The notes under the pieces are model-generated. The model was not told where the DNA came from. It did no database searches and worked only from the letters and a program-made list of their open reading frames with translations. This document shows positions 29,901-41,900 of a DNA stretch of 64,000 bases, piece after piece. The first letter of the stretch is position 1. The number at the start of each line of letters is the position of its first letter. The translations under genes were made by a program, and so were the position numbers. This DNA is from Balanoglossus misakiensis (taxonomy: Eukaryota > Animalia > Hemichordata): the NCBI GenBank assembly GCA_040954595.2, contig CM082585.2:6039808-6103807 (forward strand), written 5' to 3'.

Positions 29901-32900
29901 TTCCAAGGAGGACCTTTTGAACTTTCTTTGATGTCACTGCTTAGATTCACTGGTGACATGGAGATTTTATTTATCCAACTACGCTTTCTTTTATTATTCG
30001 ATCTAATAGTCTGTGCTGGTATTGAGTGATAAGTGGGCGCATTCTGTCCGGTATCACAAAGTTTTATATTCGTACCAGGACTCCTACACAGGACACCCGC
30101 CCAACAAAATTGGAAATATTATAATTTCTCGTTATAAAGCGATAAATATAAAGTGATTGATTAAACTGCACCACACATAACACATGGTACACCTATCATT
30201 GTATGATGCCACATTATGGATCGAATGCTAAATTGGTGTATTTAAAATTTCACCCCAATTTTTCCAACTAACTTTTTTTTATATCCCTGCATGCTGTACT
30301 GGTACTGGTAGTGATTAGTGAAAAGCAGGCTTAATTTTCATAGAGCAAATTACAGTAATGCCGATTTAATTACTTAGTGCTAAGGGGCGCAAAGAGTGAA
30401 AAAATATTGGTGTAAATGACAGTTTTTAAATTCTCACGGCATACTGTTATATCTGACATTTACATGTAATTAAATTCCTTTTTTAACTCACCAGGGTAAA
30501 GTTATTTCATACGGAATGTGTTGACGAATTTTCTAGAGAATCCACTCTCATGAAAGTATCAGTCAGCAAATTTCATATGTTTGAATATTATAGAATATTA
30601 AAGATTTTGAGAATATTCAGTTATTATAAATGCAACTGACTAGTTTTGACCCAGAATTTTCAGAAATATATTAAGTGGTCTTTGAATATTAGGAGTAAGG
30701 ATTATGGTATTGTTGTGGAATTTCTGGAATGGATGGTACTTTTACTTGAACAGACCTCAGAACATTCTTCATGTAATGGAGTGAGGCCCCTATGACAAGT
30801 TCATATGGGGCCGACTGATTGACTTGGGAATAAGTGCAGTCGTCATCCCAGCTGTACCACCACCAATTACGACTACTTGTAATTTACATCATGTCTGCGC
30901 GGGGCAAATTTATATGCTCGGAACACCTGCCCCGGTCATTAATTTGCTCCGCGAGTTTGATAAAGCGTGCTTGTCTAGACTGATACAAAAGGATGCATGC
31001 CAAGAGGTAGGCCAGTAAGCCCGGCCTTCTCGATTGAATATTCATGGCATTGCTAACATGCCTGATTAGGGAGTTGAATATGCATATATACAGTTACAGG
31101 AGACCAGTGGCTCTCTGTATCAATCATCGACTGCTAATTTGGTTTCAGAGATTTTCATAAATAAAACATGGCACATCAAGCAGAAATAATTAAGTAGGAG
31201 AGTCGTGGGCGCACTTGGTATCGTCTGTCAGTTGCTGCGCGGACACTGAACTGGCGACAGCGTCCCGGCATATAGATTTGATTACCACCGACCGTCGCAG
31301 TACACCTCGTTGCAGCCCCCCTGACCCGGTGGCATTTCTACTTCGGTTACATCCTGCTGCTTTGCCGGCAGATATATCGTTCAGTCAGTATACCGGGTAG
31401 TACAATACAACATGGCTGGACTGGCGTACTACGTGTCTTGCGTCGTGTTCGTGGCCATTCTCTGGGCGTACTGGCGTCCCAAGCCGGGGAAGAAGAAAGT
31501 GAAGGCCAGCGATAACGTCGACGAGCCAGCTGGGAAGGCCGTCGTTGTTAAGAAAGACGTTAAGGAAGTACGTGACATTCTGAGTAAAGTTGACGACTCG
31601 TGCAAGAGTGGAGACGATCTGGTTGTTGTTGGTTTGAAAGGAGAAGTGACGGCTGGCCAGGCAGGAGTTGTACAGGACGCTGCAACAGAGGACTCTGAGA
31701 TTGAAATATCTGAGAAGAAAGGTCCAGATGAGGTGGATTTGTCAGCTGTGGAAACCAAAGATACAGAGAAACCGGGCATTGTGGAAGTAAGTGGTGAAGG
31801 AGTGGTCAAAACCGAAAATGTGGTTTCAGAAGCTGAGCCTTCCGTAGGAGAAAAGGAAGTAAGTGAATCTGTTGATGGATTGACTGAGGTCGGTGTTGAA
31901 GACACTGAACACGTGAAAGAACCGTTTCAGGGCAGATTGTTTGTTGGCAGTACTGATGATGCTACATGTAAGCCTAGTGGCGAAACTTCTCCTGATTCTG
32001 GAGTCGAGGAAGGCATTGCTTTGTCGCCGACCGGCGGCGTGTCTGAATCAGAAACAGCTGAACAGTCGGAGGACGACACAAAATTATTCATCATCGAGGA
32101 GTCAGATTTATCGACGCCTGACGAAATAATCGAGGACATTGCAGCAGAGTTGGGCGATGTCGCTGAACAAGAACACGAAGTTGTTTCTGAGGAGGCTGAC
32201 GTGAAAGAGGAACCTGTTGTCGTTGAAAAACACGAATTAGAATCCGTCGAAAGACCCTCGACAGAAGCGAAGCAAGAAATGGACATTTTGCACATTAGTG
32301 AAGATGATGAACTGGACATTGTTGAACACGTAGAAAAAGAACTTGCTGAAACAATCCCAGAATCTGTTGATGGGAATCTCGTGGGAAAACTTACAATCAC
32401 CGAAGAACCGACTGTGAGTCAAGCGGAAAGTCTCCCAGTCGTCTTCGCAACTAAAGACGACGATGCACAACCAGAAAGTGATCAGGTGTCAGATTCAGTG
32501 AAAGAAACTGACGATCAGGATGCAACACCTGCTGTCGACGTCGATCAAATCAAAATGGTGGAGGAACCTCGCCTTCAGGCTGAGATGTTACCGGAACAAT
32601 CAGTTGATAAATCTGAAACTGACACAAAAACAGTTGAGTCGGCAGGAAGGGACGTAGAGGACATGGAATGTGAACCATCTGGGGAGGAAAAAGAAGAGGA
32701 ATCTTCTTTGCCAGAAGATGTGGACATAATAGAGTCTGACTCTGTGAAAGAATTAACTGACATTCAAACAACTGATGAACCAAGCCCAGAAGACGAAGGA
32801 ATGGAACAGACATTACAAGAGGAAACAATAGATGAACAACCAATCAAAGAGCAGGAAGAGAAAACAGATGATGAACAGCCAATTACAGTGGCTGTAGTAT

Positions 32901-35900
32901 CTGAACAGTTAGTGGCAGAGGCTGAAATACTGGTCGATGAACAACCAATGAAAGAGGAGGAAGAAGCTGAACAGCCAATGAAAGATGAGGAAGTTATTGA
33001 ACAGCCAATGAAAGAGGAGGAAGTAGAGGAAAAGCCAATAAAAGAAGAGGAAGAAGCTGAACAACCAATCGAAGAGGAGGAGGAAGATGAACAGCCAATA
33101 AAAGAGGAGGAAGTTGCTGAACAGCCAATGAAAGAGGCGGAAGTTTCTGAACACCCAATGAAAGAGGAGGAAGTAAAGGAACAACCAATCGAAGAGGAGG
33201 AGGTAGCTGAACAGCCAATCATAGAGGAGGAAGTAGAGGAACAACCGATCAAAGAGGAGGAAGTTGCTGAACAGCCAATCACAGAGGAGGAAGTACCAGT
33301 AGCTGAACAGCCAATGAAAGAGGAGGAAGCTGATGAACCAATGAAAGAGGAGGAAGTTGAGGAACAGCCAATCAAAGAGGAGGAAGTTGCTGAACAGCCA
33401 ATCACAGAGGAGGAAGTACCAGTAGCTGAACAGCCAATGAAAGAGGAGGAAGCTGATGAACCAATGAAAGAGGAGGAAGTAGAGGAACAGCCAATCAAAG
33501 AGGAGGAAGTTGCTGAACAGCCAATCAAAGAGGAGGAAGTAGCAGAACAGCCAATGCAAGAGGAGGATGTTGAGGAAAAGCCAATCAAAGAGGAGGAAGT
33601 TGCTGAACAGCCAATGAAAGAGGAGGAAGTAGAGGAAGAGCCAATCAAAGAGGAGGAAGTAGAGGAGCAGCCAATGAAAGAGGAGGAAGTAGAGGAACAA
33701 CCAATCAAAGAGGAGGAAGTTGCTGAACAGCCAATCAAAGAGGAAGTAGGGGAACAGCCAATCAAAGAGGAGGAAGTTGCTGAACAGCCAATCAAAGAGG
33801 AGGATGTTGAGGAACAGCCAATCACAGAGGAGGAAGTAGCAGAACAGCCAATGCAAGAGGAGGAAGTAGAGGAACAGCCAATCAAAGAGGAGGAAGTTGC
33901 TGAACAGCCAATGAAAGAGGAGGAAGTAGAGGAAGAGCCAATCAAAGAGGAGGAAGTAGAGGAACAGCCAATGAAAGAGGAGGAGGTAGAGGAACAACCA
34001 ATGAAAGAGGAGGAAGTAGAGGAAGAGCCAATCACAGAGGAGGAAGTAGAGGAACAGCCAATGAAAGAGGAGGAGGTAGAGGAACAGCCAATGAAAGAGG
34101 AGGAAGTAGCTGAACAGTCAATGAAAGAGGAGGAAGCTTATGAACCAATCAAAGAGGAGGAAATAACTGAACAGCCAATCAAAGAGGAGGAAGTAGAGGA
34201 ACAACCAATCAAAGAGGAGGAAGCTGATGAACCAATGAAAGAGGAGGAAGTAGAGGACCAGCCAATCACAGAAGAGGAAGTAGAGGAACAGCCAATCACA
34301 GAGATGGAAGCAGAGGAACAACCAATGAAAGAGGAGGAAGTCGAGGACCAGCCAATGACAGAGGAGGAAGCTGATGAACCAATGAAAGAGGAGGAGGTAG
34401 CTGAACAGCCAATCACAGAGGAGGAAGTAGAGGAACAGCCAATCACAGAGGAGGAAGTAGAGGAACAACCAATCAAAGAGGAGGAGGTAGCTGAACAGCC
34501 AATCACAGAGGAGGAAGTAGAGGAACAACCAATCAAAGAGGAGGAAGTTGCTGAACAGCCAATCACAGAGGAGGAAGTACCAGTAGCTGAACAGCCAATG
34601 AAAGAGGAGGAAGCTGATGAACCAATCAAAGAGGAGGAAGTTGCTGAACAGCCAATCACAGAGGAGGAAGTTGAGGACCAGCCAATGAAAGAGGAGGATG
34701 TAGAGGAACAACCAATCAAAGAGGAGGAGGTAGCTGAACAGCCAATCACAGAGGAGGAAGTAGAGGAACAACCAATCAAAGAGGAGGAAGTTGCTGAACA
34801 GCCAATCACAGAGGAGGAAGTACCAGTAGCTGAACAGCCAATGAAAGAGGAGGAAGCTGATGAACCAATGAAAGAGGAGGAGGTAGCTGTACAGCCAATC
34901 ACAGAGGAGGAAGTAGACGAACAACCAATTAAAGAGGAGGAAGTTGCTGAACAGCCAATCACAGAGGAGGAAGTACCAGTAGCTGAACAACCAATGAAAG
35001 AGGAGGAAGCTGATGAACCAATCAAAGAGGAGGAAGTTGCTGAACAGCCAATCACAGAGGAGGAAGTTGAGGACCAGCCAATGAAAGAGGAGGAAGTAGA
35101 GGAACAACCAATCAAAGAGGAGGAGGTAGCTGAACAGCCAATCACAGAGGAGGAAGTAGAGGAACAGCCAATCACAGAGGAGGTAGTTGAGGAACAGCCA
35201 ATCACAGAGGAGGAAGTAGAGGAACAACCAATCAAAGAGGAGGAAGTTGCTGAACAGCCAATCACAGAGGAGGAAGTACCAGTAGCTGAACAGCCAATGA
35301 AAGAGGAGGAAGCTGATGAACCAATGAAAGAGGAGGAAGTTGAGGAACAGCCAATGAAAGAGGAGGAAGTTGCTGAACAGCCAATCAAAGAGGAGGATGA
35401 TGAGGAACAGCCAATCACAGAGGAGGAAGTAGAGGAACAACCAAGGAAAGAGGAGGAAGTAGATGAACAGCCAACGAAAGAGGAGGAAGTAGAGGAACAG
35501 CCAATGAAAGAGGAGGCCGAGGAAACAGAGATACAACCAATGAAAGATGAGAACATGGATATGGCTGATGACAACCCTCCTGAGAAAATAGGAGAAGCAG
35601 ACAAGTCTGCCGGGGATGAAGACACTGACCGCCCCCAGCTCATTGAGCAAAGTTCCGATGAGATTGGCAAAGACTGGGAGATGCTCGATAAACCCGAAAG
35701 TGATGATAACAAAGTTGGAAGAGAAGACGGCAGATGTGCTGCGCAGGACGTCCTTGAACTGAGAGAAGAAGACGCCGTTAATGGCAATGTAGGGGTGGAG
35801 CCAGATGAAAGTGACGTACAAGATCCAGCAGTGAAGAGTGATACATGCGCCGCTGGTCTGTTATCGGAGAGCACACACAAGGAACGGTTAAGCGACGACT

Positions 35901-38900
35901 CGCTGGAAAGAGAATGTGATGCGGACAGTTTGGATGGGAAGGAAGAGAGTGCTGATGCTGCCGACAGAGATATTGATCAAGATAGCCTGGAAGCTGTCGA
36001 GAATGGAGCCCACGTCGACGTGCCAGCAGAATAGAATACTTCATCGAAAAGTTGAAATTTTGTGACAACATGCCTGTCTGCCGCTGTGCTGTGTGTGTGT
36101 GTGCAGATTTTTACAATAGCGTTGCGTGAACCAAACTGTGACAACCTCAAACTGCCTGACTGAATGAGTGATACTATGTGACTATCGGACGAGTGAATTT
36201 TTGACACCTTCAGTTGCTGATCCTTGATTTGAACTGTGTGAACGCTGCTTCCTGTGACCTTTGAACTCAAGTGGACTTAAATTGAATCAAGAGACGCGAT
36301 GACATTAATTAGTAGACGAGATGAACGGAGACAATTTACAGTAATTGTTTATTTCATTAGTTGATCTCCAATTGTGCAATTTACCTATCAGATAAGTGCA
36401 TTTATGAAGAGATACCAATTCTCTTTAAAATTATAAAATGATAGCAAATTCCACTGCAAAAGTACGGTATCAACTACAGTCAGTAATTACAAACTGCCTC
36501 AAGTATAAATATATCCCATAGTAGTATTTAAAATCAACACGTCAACTTTACATGTGACTTGAAATTATATCTAAGCATGAAAATAATTTAGAACTTCCTT
36601 TCATTGCTTAAAAACATGAAATACAATTTCTCGAAAGATTAGATACCGTTATATCTATTGTTTGATTTCTAGGATAGAATTGCTTTGTATAGATCAATGA
36701 CCTGACTTGATAAGGACATACATGCACTAAATTATACCTTAATTTTTCCTTTCCGTTGAATGGAAATTTTCCACACACAAAAAATCAATTATGTTGTTGT
36801 CGTTTTTCTCAAACTTGGCCGGAAGAAGCCAAATGACATGGAAGGTATTTTTAAGCTTAAAGTTTAGATAAACTGTTTAAATCATTTGGTAAAAAAATCT
36901 GATTTTAACTGTTTTTCATGTTGCTTGCTACATCTACTGTGTTCTACATCAGTGTTAATGCAGTTTCCCATCATTCTTCAATGCAATGTATAAAAGTAGA
37001 AATCAAAAATGCCGAGTCAACAAAAATGGGGTTCCGCTCATAATGCACGTAATCCTCCTGGTCATTTCAGCTACTTTTTCCGTATCTAGATCTAATCGCT
37101 AAGATTTAATAGGAAGCAGTGATTGATACAGCTCAGTTTCACTCGAAAACGAGCTCACTGATGGTGCGTTCAAAACCCCTATATCGTACATCACTTTCTG
37201 AGTATCCCTTTTAAGTCTTAAAATAGAAGCCTCGAGAAGTCACCATGCTAGTATAAGCTTCGGTCACAAGTGCGCTGTTTACGAACATTAGAACGTAATT
37301 GATATTCATAAGGTGTCATTCTGTCGTAATGCGAATTGTCTGGAAGGATGTATGCCAGACAGACTTAGTTATGTACCATTTATCCTGACATCACCAACTC
37401 TGCATTTACAATCAAGCTTTAGAATCTATGCAATCCTAGCAATATTCCGATGAGTGAATAATTTACAGAACTACTTGAATTACAAAAAAAATTACATATA
37501 TCTAACCTTGTGCACTTAACTGGCAAAATCTCTGGTGTAATATTGCAGAGAAACTGCTTAGTTTTTTACTTGTCTGAAAACTGAACTTTGAAGTTGCTGT
37601 TTGATGGAATTGATTTGTGGGAATTGCTTCACGCAATCTGCCTGGGAACTGATGATTTGGACCACATGAACTTATGACACGACCACATGAACTTATGACA
37701 CGGACCACAGGAACTGATGACTTGACCTCAGGAACTGATGACAAGGCCTGCATTAATGAACTCTTGACTGTCTGTTGGACCACGCGAACTGAATTTATAT
37801 GAAGTGGGCATTGTTTTTGTTTAATACTTCAATAGAAACCAATTTTGGCCTGACCCTTCAACCCCCTTTGACTTAGTGATTTTGGACCAACACATTTGTT
37901 TTATGGTAGTTAAGGTTGGACCAATGTTTAAAATGAAATAGGGGTGAAAGGGTTAAATCTAGAACTTCTCTCAGACATTGATTGGGCTACCACTGTGGTA
38001 GACTGCGAGTTCTTGAGGAATTTTTGATTTTGTTGGAAATGTTACTGGATATTTTTCTTGCTGAGTGGAGTGTAAAATTTTCCCATTTCTTTCAAGAATA
38101 TTTATTTCATCCAGAAATGCTACGCACTCAGACTTTGAAAGTTAATATATTGAATAAGACAATATGCATGTCTTGTACAAATGTATAAAAAAGGTATTTA
38201 AACAAGCTTGAATTTGCTTCTCCTCAAAAGCAATAAAATTATTCTGAATGCAAATTTGTGTTTCAAGTGTCATTGGACAAGTGAAACTGTAAGCTTCATA
38301 CCAGACCATACCTTTCCTTCATGACCTCAATATGATATTATCCCCATATATACCATATTGCATATTAATAATTAAGATTTTATCCGTGCGAGTGAGGTAG
38401 CTACTTTCATCACCCTGCATCCGGATCAAATCAATCCTAGATGTTTCCAGAAAGTGTTCAGTGTTCCCAAAGGACAAGGAAATTCCGATCAGGAATGTAG
38501 TTCACGTTTGGTATATGCAGATGGGGATGATACCAAAAATAGACTGCTGAAAAATAGGCTCGGACTTGATGGAGAATTATAGAACAGTGCTTGTGAAATG
38601 ATCAAACTTGGAGAAAGTACATTTTAGTTTGACAGTTGTTTATACGATACAGGAAAATCCAGCAGTATTTCACTCCCTACTATAAAAATATTGATTGATA
38701 TTAATCGCATTGCTAGAATGTTTTTTTGCAGCATTACATTTGTTTTGCATTATCGACACGTATACAAAGTTCAATAGTGCAGTTGCATGCTTGCCATCCA
38801 TAAAAACTTATTGACAGTTAATATAATGGAAAGCTCAAAGGACATAAACAAGTTATTTTTAGATGCAGCCAGGCTGAGCATTTTCATAGGACATGTGATT

Positions 38901-41900
38901 GTTTCCATAGCAATTAGCAGAGACATAAAATGCAAATTCTCTTCGAATACAGGGAATATGACTGATTTATATATTAAGACTCCAGTGTCAGATGAAAGAA
39001 AAATAGATAGATAATCAGTAATGCATCTCGCATAAGTCTTACGCAAGCTTGAACAAAATAAATTTTAAATGTCAATTTCTCAATCACATTTGAGAAAGTG
39101 ACAGTGAAAATTCTTGTCAAATTCAAAAAGAAACTGCAGCAGAAGTTAATATAGAATAAATGTTTCAAATCAGGCTAATGGTAATTAACATAATGAATGT
39201 ATGCCTTTAATAGATTGTCAGCTGAATTCATAATCATGAAGTGAAATTTTATTTTGAAAAGCAATGACTATAAATTTTCTGAGTTGGTTTAGCACTACCC
39301 ATGGTTAAATTTCCCAGTTTATGAAGTCATGGCCATAGTCGGTTTCCAATATTGGTTGAGAAGGATGGAGCTAAGAAACTAAACTGGTCAGAATTAACTT
39401 GCCGTCATCCCATGTGACAAAGATCCCCAGAGACAAGGGAACACACAACTGAGGGCCCCTGCCTGCATCTCAGTTTCAGTCAAAACTCATTACTCAGACA
39501 TGCATGGATGGATTTTGTCCAGTGGCCATGCATGATAAATGCACTGTCTTGGTGGTAGATGTAAATTATTTTGCAATGTATACTCCAACGTGGCTGTCAC
39601 TAGGATGTTTTGACTTTCCTTGACCACAGCAATAATCCAGATGTTTTAAACCTGAATCAATTAATTTCACAGTTGACGTTAGATATATATTTGATATGGA
39701 GTGAATGATATATGAGACAGGATTATTTTAGAAATATTAAACAAACTGAGAGAAAATCTATATTGCAATTAAATGATGAGACAAAATGAGTATTATGAGT
39801 TTTGCATACACTGCATGTATTTTAATTTGAACTTTTTAATAATTAAATTTGATATTATTACTTTAATATATAGAATTGCATTTCCCTATAAGGTTTCATT
39901 ATGGAGTGTCGAACTTCCCTATTTCTTGTCCAAAGCATCACAAGCCAGGTCCCTCATCCATCTGTACTGGTATATTTGGGGCTATGTGTTGGCACCAGTC
40001 CATACTTTTCATTTGTGAAAGTCGATAAATCATTGAACATCTATATTCGACTGACCGATGGTTTCATTTTAGCATTTTCTTTGTTTTTCTCTTACAGTTC
40101 AAGATGAAGCGTTCGTGACCCTAGCAACCAACGATAAATATGCGTACGGTGCTCTGGTACTGGCGCACTCGTTGAGGGCGGTCGACACTTCAAGACAGCT
40201 GGCCATCATGATCACACCCAGTGTTTCATCTCTGATGAGGTAAGGTCATCGTGTGCAGAAAGTTTCCATGGTGATGGAGGTTGAAAATGAATAATGGTCA
40301 TTCGATTGTGGAATGTGATGCTTGTGTTGGAAGTTTGACCAGACGTCAACATGAATTGTTTACCATAGACATCTACATCATGTTCTGTGCGAATTTGACT
40401 AGATTTATCCTGCATTTCGCTTTCTTCACAGACAACTTTTGTCAGAAGTTTTTGACAATATAACACAAGTGAATCCACTGGACAGCAACGACGAAGCCAA
40501 CTTGGCCCTCCTAACACGTCCAGAACTAGGCATAACCTTTTCCAAGTTGCATTGTTGGAGACTCACACAGTACAACAAGTGTGTTTTCATGGATGCCGAT
40601 ACTCTGGTGAGTTACACACTGTCAAGCTGCAGTGTTACCCTCTCGACCCCTGTGGGGTCATAGGTCACGGGGTCAAAGTTCAGTGAGATAAAACCGCATC
40701 CACTGTAACTCTTGATTTTTTTCAATTATTTTATTTGTGTGCTAGTTTCTTGTTTACTTCGACAGTCAGGTGAATTTCGAGCAATATAAGTGTATTGTTC
40801 CAACTGAGAATTTCTATTTTTGCCATTAAGCATCTTGTAGACACAAGAGTGAAAAACTTGCCAAAATGAATAATCGGTGTTTACCATTTATTCATTTTGG
40901 CAAGATTTTTACTCTCATATCCTACAGACGGGATGGAAGTTGTGTGCGGTCGAACGTTGATTCACTATATAGCCACATATAATAACACAAAAAGTGTCTT
41001 GTATCAAACATAATTAATAGAAAAGGCAGCAAGAGAGAGACTTTGTCCCTTTAAACATCTTGAGTGTTTCTAAATTCTATTATTATTGATGTACCGTAGG
41101 TGCTAAGGAACATTGATGAGTTGTTTGATAGAGAAGAACTGTCGGCCGCACCGGATGTAGGCTGGCCCGATCTCTTCAACTCGGGAGTGTTTGTATTTAA
41201 ACCATCAAATGAGACGTACGGCGGACTGCTACAGTGTGCAGTGACACAAGGCAGCTTCGATGGTGAGTGCGTCGTTCATGAGGGTAAAAAAACTGTCAGT
41301 GCGCCCTCTAGGAAACCACCGGATTCCTCTGGATTAGTTTGAGGACTGGAAGACAATTGTGGCTGCCTATTCCTTAAACATGGCAAAAATCGGCCATCTT
41401 GAAATTGTGTCGACCATGTGAGATTTTTATCACCCACTTAGGTAGCCAAAAACCTATTTAAGGTCGGGAGAATTAATCTTTGACAATTTCAGGAATGAAA
41501 ACTTGGCAGGGAATGACAATGAACACACCATGCTCCTTGGCTTAGTTGACTACAGTTTTCAATGCCAAATTTTGAGCTATGGGTACAGAATTTGGGTTAT
41601 TACCATAATTCAAACTTGCGTTTTGACAACGTGTGCACATATGAAGGACAATTATTAGTAAAGGAACGAAAAAAGTGTGTTGAGGTGTTATTCAGAGTTG
41701 AAGTGCCATTTTGTATTCTCCACTGAGCATAAGTCAGACCTGTCGTATTTCTGTCATTATCTGATAAAATATTTTTAATTTAATTATTCCCAGGTGGCGA
41801 TCAAGGACTTCTGAATACTTACTTTAGTGACTGGGCAACCAAAGACATTGCGAGACATTTGCCGTTTATCTACAACATGACTGCATCAAGAGCGTACAGT

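Noticed and set aside
31429-35880. Long minus-strand ORFs (IGCSSTSSS and LFDWLF repeats, up to 580 aa)
   Set aside because: Antisense shadows of the Glu-rich repeat; the T-poor sense strand rarely produces antisense stops.
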